Below, piece by piece: positions 46,493 through 60,100 of a stretch of 64,000 bases of DNA (its first letter is position 1; each line of letters starts with the position of its first letter). Origin of the DNA: Lingula anatina. Lineage: Eukaryota; Animalia; Brachiopoda. Both the position numbers and the translations under genes were made by a program. Under the pieces are notes generated by a model. It was not told the origin of the DNA. It searched no databases and saw only the letters and a list, made by a program, of their open reading frames with translations. The stretch covers positions 27,862,503-27,926,502 of the forward strand of contig CM120640.1 of the NCBI GenBank assembly GCA_051362555.1, given 5' to 3'.

Positions 46493-46950
46493 ACTCGTTC
46501 CTGAATTAGACGGTAGAATCAGCTTGGCATATAAGCTTGACCTAAGTGCTTCCGTAGCCTGCTCCCATTATTCCCACGAGTAAGATAAAAATCGGCTGGG
46601 ATGGCTTTAACATATTTCAGACATCGTTGGTTTTACTGTTATTTCCGCCTTTACATGATGCATGTCTTTTCTGCGCAGTTAATGACATTACTATCAACGA
46701 AGTTCTACCTTCATAAATACTAGTAACGCGGAACAGAAACAAACACCGCTTTAACGACCAACTTTCAATAAGATCGAACCTGAAAAATTTGAAGTTGTAA
46801 ATCAAAGTACCTTCCCAAGCACCAAAAATCGGCTAACACAATGTTATCAAACGGTTATATTTTTTGTGCAAGTTTAAAAAAAACAAAAATACAGGAACGA
46901 TGTCCTGTACAAGCCTGCCATATAGCAATAATCCAAATACAATTTCCATA

Positions 46951-46998
<48 letters not shown>

Positions 46999-47623
46999 GG
47001 TACTGCTCCGTCTAACCCACAGAGACTTGTTTGCGCTTAGAGGGATGGAAAAGTGATTTGTCATTAACCAAAGTGGAACAGGTGTAGGCATTAGTCTTAT
47101 AGCCATTAGGCTTAATTGGTATAAATATATTATTATTAAAGCACTTGCTTTCGTGTTCTGAAGATATCAGTAAGCATTGGTCTATGTAGCCATTCCATAC
47201 TACAATCGATTACTAAGTTTACTGTTTATGAATTATTAGAAAACTGAAGTTTATACGTGGTAAAGCCCTTTAATCATATTCCACTGTTGAAGAGGATGAA
47301 TGTGAGACAGTTTCAACGAATTGTTTTAAACAGTTACAGAGCATTGGAAAATACACTGTACTCTCTTTGACTTTATTGCACAAATTCTGTCGACCTCGTC
47401 CTCATCTGTCATTCTGTCAGCTTTTTTCCAATTTAATCTTTTCACCCTGGAAAGTAAGTCTATACAAATCTCTCATGTTTTTGAAGTGAAAGCACGATGA
47501 CATGTTGTGCATATTCTCCAACGGAACTTTAGACTCTTTACAAACTTACACTAAGGTACCTCAGAATCTGTTATCATTTCTTCGAGAGCCACGCGTGCTC
47601 TTAATTACTAATTAATTTCTAAT

Positions 47624-47624
<1 letters not shown>

Positions 47625-47684
<60 letters not shown>
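47625..47684. repeat. Compound (GT)n(GA)n microsatellite
   Basis: Directly visible. Confidence 0.95.
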
Positions 47685-47687
<3 letters not shown>

Positions 47688-48410
47688 CCACATGAACTAT
47701 ACATTCGACAAATACATCACATTTTAGTCTTATATACAGTATTTGTTCATCCAAAGAGTGTAAAACTGAACGCCTAACTAAATTTACGGTCTTCTAATTC
47801 TTCCTGAGTTATCCTGGGAGGCAACGAGTATTATGAATTATTCATATTACCATTTGTGTTACCTGTAAGTATAGTGCCGCCTATATGGATAAATGGCTCA
47901 TTGATGATTTGTGTTGATAACAGCATTAATTTTCAGAACGCAGTGTGCAACGTTGCAGCAAAAATTGTCGGTATAAATTCTGAAAGAAAAAAAAAAGAAG
48001 AAAACATGAAAAAAGGAAATACGCAGCTTTCTGTCTGGCAGATACAAAATCAATCTAAATACGATAAGACACTCCACTTGAATAAACCAATTTTGCAGTT
48101 AACAGAGTGCAATTCAAATATGATGTCCGAGTTCTATCGACTTTACAAAGGGCTTGACACTCAAGAGAATACATATCAGCGGTAGTGTAAAACCGTGCCT
48201 CTCCCCTAGACATTTGTCCAGATTTTATTATCCGTCACAAGGTTACACTTAATCGAACCAAGGAAGAATCTACTTTCTTGATTGAGTCACTTCGATATGA
48301 CCTTTGGCACCAATTAAATTCATATTCGAACTCCCTGGACAGCCGATGCAATATTTCGCACCTAATAATTAGGCCTTCCATAAATTATTCACTTTTGCCA
48401 TTTGCGTTTT

Positions 48411-48645
48411 AAATATAGGACTGGGTTCCCATGCCTAGATCGATCTAACAGGATCAATCCATCTCCAAGGGGTTTCTTGCTAAATTGTTTTCAGCTAAAG
48501 CGGCTTAGATGTCTGACACGCCTACTGAAGCTGCTAAACGATACTTAAATACCCCCTAGCAGCTTCAGTAGGCATGACAGACATCTAAGCCGCATAAGTT
48601 AATAGCAATTTAGCGAGAATCCCCTTGGAGGGAGATCGATCCAAA
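48411..48645 (-). mobile_element. Helentron-associated (HINE/DINE-like) non-autonomous element with a 190-bp hairpin
   Basis: Minus strand reads TTT-GGATCGATC (5' subTIR), long palindrome 48451-48642, GATCGATCTA (3' subTIR), short stem-loop GGCATGGGAACCCAGTCC, then ATTT. A related copy lies at 11371-11449. Confidence 0.65.
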
Positions 48646-49335
48646 GTTAGTACGATAGGGTCTCTAAGATGCACCACGATTCAAGGCGTATGTAGAACAG
48701 GCATCTAACTATACCAATATTTATACTGAACTTGTTTCCAATAAAATGGTGATTTTAAAATGTCTGTGCTGAAAAAGTCAGAGTCTGAACCATTTTGCCA
48801 ATCTGACGTACCCTTACTCACAACACTTGCATATTGTAGTGGCAGCCATGCCCGTAGTGAGTTTAAATTTTACATGTATTCAAGAGAAATGTTAATCCTC
48901 AGAAAATGAAAGATACAACACCACTCCCTTTATTTTATGGGCCAGCCTGAAGACTTTCCAGCCACTATTCGTTTTTCCGGGCAATAACTCGATCTGTAGC
49001 TACAGTAGAGCGTTTTACATTCTAAGGTTATCTCTAAGAGAAACGTAATATTGATTGGCTTATCCGTTTACATGTATATCACGGGAACGCCACTTCTCGA
49101 ACTACTGTTTCTTAGCTTAAACTTTTTAGATTCATGCTTTAACCATTTACAGTGATGTTTGATTACTGGCATGTCTAGATTTTGTGAACAAAGTAACACT
49201 TAATATGATTGTAATTTATGATGTACAACATAAGATATTTTTTTCATTTTTGACCAGATCTTCAACCTACAAAACTGACCAGGACATTATTCATAAGCGA
49301 CTGCCAATAAGTGGTGATATCTCCCCCAAAGAACA

Positions 49336-50412
49336 ATGGATACCATGGAGTACCAAAATACCACATTAACAGTAAACGAAACGGTCAACTACAGTAGCAA
49401 CATTACTTATGATGGGACAGACTATGAATGCAGTGGGTGTGGGGTGGAGACTGTGATACCAGTGGTGTTTTCTTTCGTATTTATCGTAGGATTGATAGGC
49501 AATGGCAGTCTGATATACATTGTATGCAGGTATAAGTCCATGAGAAACATACCTAACATTTTGATAACAAACCTAGCAGTGGGCGATTTCCTACTCATTA
49601 TTATATGTGTGCCTTTCACACTTACTATCTACGCATTTCCAAATTGGCCGTATGGAGACACAGTATGCAAAGTCAATGAATTTCTCCAGACCGTATCTCT
49701 TGGAGTCAGTGTTTTCACCCTGTCAGCCTTGAGCATTGAGAGGTATTCGACCATTGTCCGTCCATTTCACAGCAGACATCGCAACGCTTTACGTCGAACC
49801 TTAATTACCATTGTTACCATTTGGTTTACGTCTATTGCAATAGGAATTCCAGATTTATTTTCCTATCATACCATACAAATCGACCACCAAACCGAGTTTT
49901 GTTGGCCTTATCCCGTCACTTGGCCACGTTGGTATGGGCGGGCCCATGTGACGGTGCGTTTTCTTCTATTTTACGTGTTGCCTTTGATTAACATCACATG
50001 GTGCTACATTGCCATTGCCAGAGCCTTGTTTTGGGTTACTAAGCACACAGATAAAGCCCCAAAAGTGGATGGAGAAGAACATAAAGGGGATATAAAGACA
50101 AGGCAAAAAATCGCCAAGGTAATCCTATCACTTGTTGTGATATTCGGGATCTGTTGGCTTCCTCGGCACATATACCTTATCTGGTTTTTCTACGCATTGG
50201 GGCATTATAGCGCGTTCTGGCAAATTTTCAAAAGCGCTGGTTTTGCACTGTGTTTCATAAATTCTTGTCTTAATCCAGTCATGCTCTATTTTCTGAGTAA
50301 GCAATTTAAATATGCCTACCATAGGGCATTTTGCTGTCATTGCCATTGCCAAAGAACAGCATTGCGGGGCATAGAGTCAGATACTCCTTTGCAATTTATA
50401 AACAAGATTTAG
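49336..50412 (+). CDS. Intronless class-A neuropeptide GPCR, bombesin/GRP-CCHamide/excitatory-peptide (GGNG) receptor family
   Basis: 358-aa 7TM ORF with MRNIPNILITNLAVGD, LGVSVFTLSALSIERY, CWLPRHIY in TM6, FINSCLNP in TM7 and a Cys cluster after helix 8. A splice acceptor (TTTTTGACCAG) lies just upstream at about 49258. Confidence 0.9.
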   Translation: MDTMEYQNTTLTVNETVNYSSNITYDGTDYECSGCGVETVIPVVFSFVFIVGLIGNGSLIYIVCRYKSMRNIPNILITNLAVGDFLLIIICVPFTLTIYAFPNWPYGDTVCKVNEFLQTVSLGVSVFTLSALSIERYSTIVRPFHSRHRNALRRTLITIVTIWFTSIAIGIPDLFSYHTIQIDHQTEFCWPYPVTWPRWYGRAHVTVRFLLFYVLPLINITWCYIAIARALFWVTKHTDKAPKVDGEEHKGDIKTRQKIAKVILSLVVIFGICWLPRHIYLIWFFYALGHYSAFWQIFKSAGFALCFINSCLNPVMLYFLSKQFKYAYHRAFCCHCHCQRTALRGIESDTPLQFINKI

Positions 50413-51755
50413 GAACATGTATTAATATGGGTTGTTTGTATTCTGGCGGTAACATCACCAGATGCCTTCTTTTTCATTACATTGGTAATTGCATTCGTTA
50501 GAGTATCATTTTGCTGGAATTAGAGGTATCATTTTGTGGGAATTAGAGGAAGAAACCTTACTACTAATTCTATGTGTCGTTCTGTCCGTTTTACTGGTTC
50601 GTTTTTAATGAACTCAATGAAAAAAGCTTATATATTGCAATTAGATATTGACGCTTGATGTGCAGACATTTATCAGTTTAATGACAGAGGAAATAATAAA
50701 AAGGTAAAAAAAGACCAGACCACTTGTCTGTGATCATATTGGTGCACTTAATGCCAATAACGAACCACAGATCGACTGCCTCCAAGCTTTAAAAGCTTTT
50801 CTCTGTTGATCAGTTTTAAAATGTGCAAGCCTACGCCTATTACAAACTGAAAGGTTAGAATTAATTTAACTTCAGTTGTACAAAACATTTTCAAGATGCG
50901 TTTCTTTTTTTAATTAATCTTTAATCTTAAAAAAACTACGTAAATGAACAATGACCAAGTGGGCCTGCATGGTCCTTTATTATATTTCCAATATTGAGCA
51001 CCTTAGTAGGACTATTATCATAATGTAAGTATCAAAGTATTCATATTTGCACTTTAATTGTAATGTGACACAATTGATTAATGTCTAAGGTTGTTTTTTG
51101 TTGTAATAAAATTTTATACAAACCGCCAGCTAGTATTATTTCTTTAACTGGTCTAAGCAGTTGTGTCATTAAATCAATTGTTTGTACACCTCTCCCTGTA
51201 AGTTCAATCTGCATGTGCTTTAGATTATGGATTTAGATGACATCCCGATGGATATTTTGGACACAGTGACAATATACATACAAGACGTCGGGGACGTTTA
51301 AAAATCACCAACAATTTCGGTAACTTCACGTAATGTCTTTGTTCGTAGTCTGTAATTCTTTATGACATGTTGCGTTTTGTCTAAAGAAATAAACTAGGCT
51401 TGTTAATTATCCTGATTAAGAAGTTAAGTTGAAGAATCCTTTGTCTTGGTTTGATGTTAAAGAGTGGGGTTCCCTACAGAAAGAATGTACCTGAGCAAGT
51501 AACGAGTGAACATTAAATGTTTGAAATTGGTTATTGTTGTCAGCGTTGGATTTCCTCATAGCGATTTACGCGTAACTATTTTGACCACGAATCTGGAAGG
51601 TAGTATTAACGCGTTACCCAACCTAAAAGTATACAACGGTGTCCGTATTTCGAGCCTGTTTGTAATTTTTATCCATTGCTGAATTTGCGCGGTTTCGGAC
51701 AAAGGCCCCATTCAGAATAGAAAATACATGGCTGATTTTGAGTGATAAAGCCTGA

Positions 51756-51923
51756 CAGGGGCGGACCCAAAGATATTTTCTGACAGTCTTCCAAATTATC
51801 TTTGTTGATTCATCCTTCATTTTTGACCGTCTTCCGACAGAAAAAACTATATACCCATCAATGTAAACTTGAAAATCTGACCGTCTTCCGGAAGACCCAG
51901 AAGACGGCCTAAATCCGCCCCTT
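51756..51923. mobile_element. hAT-like MITE with internal GACCGTCTTCC repeats
   Basis: Termini CAGGGGCGGA / TCCGCCCCTT and repeated TGAC(C/A)GTCTTCC subterminal motifs. No TSD recognisable. Confidence 0.6.
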
Positions 51924-53600
51924 AATAAGGGGGAGGTCAGATAATAATCATAATTTTCCAGTGCAAGCCAAACTACTATCTATAAAAAGAAACAAACTCC
52001 TACACAGAGAACCTTTATCTAATATCCTAAAGTTAAAAAAACATTTATGGATATGTCAGGGTCAATAATTGGCCTCCTTTGCTTAAAATCACCCACCAGT
52101 AGAAGGTAATGTGCTAATTCAGTTTTTATACTTTCAGCAAAAACACTATTTATAGACACCTTTACTTTTAGTAATTAAACATGACATTGAAACAAAGATA
52201 CTTTCAGATGAACATGTTATTTGGAGATTAAGCACAATAATTTTCATTAAAAAGCTCCCTCTGCTGTACAGGAAAAGATGTATACATACATATATGTATA
52301 CCATTATTCTAAGTTGCCTCCAGGGATGTTATCCTGCATCGCAATCAAGACACTGAAAATCTTTTCAATGCACAGACAACTGAACTGTGTTAAGGACATT
52401 AGAAGACATAAAACATAGCATTTAGACTCCTATGGTATGAATGGAAAACAAACACGTTTGTATGATGGTAAACCTAACAAGGATTCATTATATCATGATT
52501 AACTGAGATAAGACACCTTTAAAATGCTCACTAGCACACCCACACACAAGACATACAAGTACACACTCCTGCAATCTAGTAAGAGCAGATTTGATTTCAA
52601 CTTTTTTTATGACAGAAATATTTGTATTTTCAAGCTTTCATGTACCTGAGCTTTTGTGTGATTACCTTAAAAAGCCAGTGCATCACTTCTCTAATGTGCG
52701 GTTTTCAGTAAATGTCATAGTCATGAACTAAAAACCCATGGGGAATTCTTTAATTGGATGAACTACAAAAAGAAAGAGCATGACAGTCAACAAAAAACTT
52801 CCACTCAAATGTCAAAATGGAAAAAAATGTACAAAAAAACTCAAAAAAATTGATTACTGCTTAAATGTAAAAAGTTCAAATTTGGAACACAGATTGGAAA
52901 ATTGTTGATGATATCATTTAAAGATATCATTCAATATTTCCATGCTTTATATTGCAAGGTTGATATGTATTCTGTTAAAATACTTATTTATATTTCTGAT
53001 TTTGCCAAGAACCTACCTACTCAAAATCTAATATACAAAAAAATTTGAAGTGGTAAGTTAGGACTGCAGGTTGGAGATTAGGTCTTAGCTTTTTTTATTC
53101 CTGTTGCATTCATTAAATATCTACAAAACATCTAATTATGCTTGATACACAGCTCCAAGTTCATCGTGTGATATAATATTGTGATTTTGGAGAGCAAAAA
53201 TATCATTTTCAGTTCCCTGATTTTCTCAGATTTTTGCCACCTCGACAGCTATAAACATGCTTTTAATAGTATTATAACACTTGAACAAAGTACCACAAAA
53301 GGGATTTAGGGATTTTTCTTTCTAGACTGACTGTTGATTTTATCTATAAAAACATGATTTTTATCCCTATTTGAGTACAGTCCCACCTTAATTAATTGAC
53401 CAGTATGCTATGGAGTGTTTTATTCCACATATTTATAAAATGTACCTGGACTCAAAATCAGTTTTTCTTATGATATTTATTATTTTCAGCATATATGACA
53501 ACAGAAAACAACAAGGTTGTGCTTAAATGAGTCATAATATGGCTTGCGTGTAGTTATAAATCATCTTAATCATTCTTGTCTTTTTTTGACTTGGTAAACT

Positions 53601-56600
53601 TCAGCATTTTCCATAGGAGATTTTTATGTTGTCCACAGCAATATCACTTCTCCACCCATTTCCAGTTTTACCTTCTACATAGAACTGAAATAATAAACAT
53701 AGATCTAAGTGATTATTTTTCAGCAAAATCAATAACCCCACTTTCCATGCTGCATCTTTATACTCTAAAAATAAAATGCACAAAAAATCAAAAGATACAA
53801 AATAATCAGATAAATAGAGGGGACTCTGATGGTCCTGCTTAACCAAGCACAATCAATTCACAATAAAAAAAATTAACTCAATGAAATGAAGCTAGGCATG
53901 TAATCAATATTTATCACAACAGCCATTCTGTCTACGTATATGAACAGGCTTTCTGTGTGGAATGTTTAGCAAAAGATTCAATTTTTACATGAAGTAAATA
54001 AAGCAGCACCAATGTGATGGAAATATGTATCCAGTAGGTTTCTAAATAAGCTCTTGTTTCAGCTCTGATGTTGGTGGATCATGCTTAACAAAGTTGCTTC
54101 TAAAAATGACACATTTGTTAACTTCTTTCTTTTGATGCGAGTCTATCTATTGATCACTTTAAAGTCTCTTAGCTATTTCCAACCAGTTAATTTTCTCATA
54201 TATTTACCTGCTCATCTCCTTGATCTCCCTTATCACCAATATTTTAAGAAGATCAAATTACCAGTGGTAATGTTAAACCGTAAATCAGTTACAATTTACC
54301 CACTTTTTCTTCAAATATAAAACACGAGGAGCAAGCAATTCATTATCCATTTGATATATTGCTTGCAACACTTTTGCTGTTATTACAAAGGTGTAAATTT
54401 TTCACAACTCTGCCTTCTCCATTATGAATCACCCTATCACACTTTCAAAAATGTGATCAATAAATCAACACAGTTTCCAAATGGAACTAGCTGCAGCAGC
54501 TTTTTTCTTACTATCATACTTAACACCATCAAAACAGGATGTGATCATTGATATTGCTTTTCATTAAAAGTCACCAAGCCTGAGATCAGTTGGACATTTT
54601 TACACATGCAATTAAGATCACATCTAGCTGAATATTGAAACCAAAAGCCTTTTTTCACCTAATGATAGAGACCTCTAAAACCCTAACCTGCTTATATTTA
54701 AGCACCCTGAATGTCAGACACCTCTGTATGACCCATAATTAGTCTTGACCAGGGGTAGATTATTTGAAAGGGAGTCCACGGATGCAAAGCTGACCCTACC
54801 CCCCCCCCCCCCAACCCCTTGGTGTAGGGTTTGGGGCCTGCTGAAGGGCCAGAAAAATTTTGGTATTTTTGAAGGCGAACTGTGCCATTTGGTACAGATT
54901 AGAACTATGATTTAGCTAGTCAAAATTCTACTTTCAAGAGTGGTCACTGCTGTGATTTTTTTTTTCAGAAATTGAAGGGGGGTCAGGACCCCCCTGACAC
55001 CCCCCTAAATCTGCCAGTGGTCTTGCCCATGTGTAAACACTAATACCTCAGGAAAGCAACAGCTTTTTAAAAATCATGAAACATGTCATATTACATTTTC
55101 TAAGTGTCCCACAATTTTTGCTTTGGAAAAAAATAAATAAATTGCTGATATCAATCAATGATCAATCAATGACACATTATCAGGCTCTTTATTAATTTTT
55201 GTAAAACAGGCATAATACGTAATCTTATTTATGTAATGCCATTTGATCTTGGGTCATATAAGAAGACTTAAATTTTTGGTTTTAAAGTAAAAAAATAACA
55301 ACATTTGACTAAAGGCAACAGTCTCACAAAAGAACCTCACACCGATTTGGTTCACTTCAATTCAGAATAAAACCATAATAGTCCACCAAAAGTAACTATT
55401 GATTAAACATTAGCCATCTCTATCTTTTTTTCAAGGAAGAAGCTTTCCATTACCACTGATTTAACTTGGGTCAAAGTAGTCTTAAAGCCTTCAGTCTCAA
55501 TGTAAAAACCAACAGTTAAGTTTGTTTGTGAAACCCAGTCAAAGTGTTGTATGCATGTAACACAATACGTATACTATGTTATATGTAATGTTTTACAAGG
55601 ATGTTCTACACATATTTTACCCCCCGAGTAACAGACAACCACAGGTGATACACTCTAACCAAAAAGCCATCACAGTTCAGTTCAACTTTAAGGATGGCAC
55701 CAAGGGTTGTTCAATAAGCAAAATTGAAATCAGTTACCTGTACCTGTCTGTTATCTTATTTTATCTTGTAAGATTGATGCTCACACCATGGGGGATGTAA
55801 AGAACCAAAGACCCAGGTTCAGAGTATTTCACATTCATGCACATTTTGCATGAATGCTAGAAACAAACAGTGTCATGATGCCCATTTCATCACCTGCAAA
55901 CATGCATGCAGGTATATGCCACTTGATACATAAGGCCTTTTCACATCGAGTGTTATATCTCATTTTAGTCGTACAGCTGTACCAGTGCATTTTGGGAGAT
56001 TGACAACTCTAAAATAGTCTGGCTATGACATAAGAGGGTCCCTGAACATCAGACACTCAAGCTTTAGTGTCCATGCCTGGACAGAGCCCAATTTAAGTTC
56101 TACCCACACAGCAAAAAGCAAACTGCCCAAAGGCCATTGCAGTGTAATTCCTTGGTAAAACCTCTTAAAACATACCTGTTCAGCTGTATCCCTTCTCTTT
56201 CCATTGTTTGGGTTAAAGCCATTATCTATATCTTATATATTCCATATCATATAACTGTGAAATTACCCATTATAAGAAAAAGCTAAACACAGTCTGATAC
56301 ACCTACAAAAATGCTAAAAAAAACTCATAAAAATTTCATTGAAAATGATTGCTTACATTAAATTCTCCAGAATATCCTATGTTGGCAGTGAGCAAGAAAT
56401 GTCTCCATCTTGTCCCCTTGTCTCCACTGATTGTTGTCAATGCTCTATAATCTGAGCCAAACTTGACGCCAATTTTCAGAGTTCCCATGTTGGCACCATA
56501 CATGTGATAGTAGAAGTCAATGCAGTATCGGGTGGAAGAACCATATCCCATAACAGCTGGTGACAGCAGACGTGCTGTCTTTCCAGAGTATCCACTAGCT

Positions 56601-57080
56601 TCCACATACACATATTTTCCTGAGAGTACAAAAAATACATATGTATTTTTTTCTGTTGTATAAAAAAATTATAAAAATAATAGAGCTCAATGACTATAAA
56701 TTTATTCTAGAGATATAATAATAGAGTCTCCCTCTTAAAATGTGAGCATGAAGTCAAGTAACATGCTCTCATCATTAAAAAAGTGAATATTAATTCTTAC
56801 CACTACCACTCTGGTCTGCTGTGGGTCCTGTATTGCTAGATGGCGTACTGCCTGAGGTTAATGTCCAGTCCATGTCATCTGACCGGTCCTGGCCCCAGCC
56901 ACAAAGGTTTCTATCAAAGGTGCAGCTTGAAAGATAGGCACCTTAATGAAAAAAAAAACACATGATATAGTATGCCCACACACACACATATATCTTTAAG
57001 TAAAAATTCTCAATTAAAAAAAAAAAAGTTAAACCTATTGCCTGATAGTTCTGACTGACAGATTATAGTACTTGAACTTT

Positions 57081-57118
<38 letters not shown>

Positions 57119-60100
57119 AAAAAACACTCTTGAGATGTATTTCATATCTTTTAAAAGGAAAAACTAGAAGTTCATTTTTTGATGGATGAGAACCATTTTT
57201 AATACTCTGCAAACAGTAGGTAATAATGGTGTAACGGATGCGTTGATATTAAAGATGATTAAAAAGCACAGTGGGGGCACGGTACACAACACTGCAACAA
57301 TTAAACTTACCTGGTTTAGGTGTGGTGTATGAAGTTTGAGCTCCAGAGGCTGTGAAAAGAGAGAAAATATTGGTCATTTTTTACAACAATGTTTAGGTGC
57401 AATGACTCTCGCTTGTATTTGATTCCACTGATCAATCATACAAAATTTAGATACCAGGATTTATGTTCTATATTTTCAGAGTGAACTTATCCGTTACATA
57501 TCAATAACCTTTTTCTTACATTGATTTACATTAGCTACATTAGCTGATTAATCAGTATGTGATTTACATTACATAAAGCATTCAGCAGAATTTTGATAAA
57601 AGAAATTCATTCATTGCTAAAATTGGAATTAAAAAAAAAAAGATACACATTCCATTTAATTATGAACAGTGAACAATGCTTGATAATGAAAAACACATTT
57701 TAATACAAATATTACACTACTGGTGGCAGACCATGGACATTTACTATTGGTGTTTGGAATATGTAGGCAAATAATTTATAATGAATGACATACAGATACA
57801 AATTTCATAAGAAAATCATACCAGTACACTTGTAGAACTTCCTCACATCTTCAATATCACTAGAACTGAGTCCTACACGCTGGCCGATGGTGACTCCAGA
57901 CTTCTTGGCAACCAAGGTGGGCTTTGTCCTGTCCTTGGCAAAGTAGTATGCCCCATAATGCATGATGGAACCATAGTCATAGGGGGTGAAATGTTGGATT
58001 TCACCAGCACTGTACTTCTCAAATTCAGATTCTTTACCTACAGAAATTAAATGCATGGAGTTATAGCTGGGATATGTGAGAAGTGAAATGGAGGAATAAG
58101 TTGATGTGAAGCACCACAAGTGTATGGATGAGGCCAAAGTAAAAACCTCCATGCATTGCATAGTTTTCTTGTCATAATTTTGAACTAGATCAAAGACTGA
58201 ATCGTGAAGCAAAGTACTATAGAATAATCAGTCAATTTTTTTCATTATTATCAGCAAAAATGGTCTCATAATCAGTTCAATTGCAGATCACTGTGATATA
58301 CTACATTAGCTGATTAAACAGTATCAACTTACCTGATGGACCTTATTGTAAGCTACAGTCGCATAATTGTCTCTATATTAATGACACTGCTCATTATAAA
58401 ATACTATATTTGCCAATAAAACAGTATAGACTGACCTGATTGAATATTACTGTAGACTACAGTCACATAATTGTCTCTATCATAACGACTCTGCTCATGA
58501 TGGAAACCAAGAGTGTGCAGCAATTCATGCATGACAGTTCCCTTCTGAAGGCAGCCACGGCCCAAAGACACATCCTGTTTTCCACCAAACTTTCCAACAC
58601 CAGAAAAGCATCTTTAATTGAAAGAAAATTATAAATATCAGTGTTTAATTGCAATGATCTCCATGTCCATGATTATCATATAAATAAAAATGTTAAGTTT
58701 GGTACAATGAAAAGAGGTGATAGCACTCTCCGGTTCATTCAAAGGAGAAAATCCTTTTTGATTGTTTGGGAGACCACTGTTACCACATTAAGTAAGGGCA
58801 AAAATGAAACTCATTACAGAATGCAAAATAATTGTAGGATGTTATTCACTGAATAATCATCTATTCAAATATCACACATAAAATAATTAAGCACATGACA
58901 TGAAATTAAAAGTTTCCACCCTGGAATTGACAAAAATCACAACTGCACAAAACACCTTACACATTAACAAAAACATCCATGGGGAATATCATCCACAGGG
59001 AATACAAAAGGAAAAGATATTAATTATCAAACAGAATAACGATTCTCACCCTGAAATAGGTCTGACATGGATGTAATCTGATTCACTTCTACGTGGCGTA
59101 AACCTTATACAATAAATGTTGCCCACTGCCACTTTCTGTTCTAGTTCTCTCATGGCTTCCACTATGATATCAGAGGCGTAGGATGCTTTAAGTAATAAAA
59201 AGTCAAAGATAGAAAATGAAATGAGCAGGCTGATTGTAAGAATATCAATCTGATCCCTTGGTGGTGATAATGCTTCTTTTAGTAAGATATACGCCATAGT
59301 TTCTTTTTTCTGTGGACAAGTGCGATGATTCTAGGTACGAACGTTTGACTTTTACTCAGAATTTCCTTAACCTAAGGGATTAATAGATTTGTTTCTTAAG
59401 TTCACAACTCAATAAACAGCATATATATCATTTTGTTAAATATTATAATGTTGGCAGTCCAGTTTATAGCCAATCTTAATAGAAGTCTTCTTTTGTACTC
59501 ACGGTATGAGCTGTCAATAATGTAAGGTACAACACCATTGGGCCATCGCTGGAAGTCATTTTTCATGGCATTTCTGTGCTGGATATGATATTTAAAAAAA
59601 CAGAGTAAAAGATACTGTCCTACAACTAACATATACAACTAGACAAATTTTTCAGTTTTCGTGATCATGAATTTTGTTTGTGAAAATAGTTTCATTGGAT
59701 CTTAGTTTTCATTGTCAGAAAGTTTTCATTTATAATAGATCCTGAAATTTTGATTTACCTGTTGACTGTGAGAGGGACTAACAAGTCATCATCAAGACTG
59801 AGGTAATTACCTGTTCACCTTCACCTGAACAGGTAAGTCAGTTGTGACCAAGTCTGTCAGAGTGAAAAGATGAAACAGTCAACAGGTAAATCAAAATTTC
59901 AGGATCGGGGGGAGAACAAGATGGCGGTGTGTGATGAGGACTGTGCGTGAGCTCTGAGAAAACCATCGGCAACAGGCAGAAAGTCTGCATACTTTGCCAC
60001 CGAATTTTTTATAAATGCACTATGAACTGTGGAAGAAGAAGCTGGAAGAGTTTATAATTCAAAGTTTTCTGCGTGGGTCTTTTAAAAAGTTTTTTTCTTA

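Noticed and set aside
50500-50550. Two tandem units of about 25 bp (GTATCATTTTG..GGAATTAGAG)
   Set aside because: Simple local duplication in the GPCR 3'UTR; no spacers, so not CRISPR-like.
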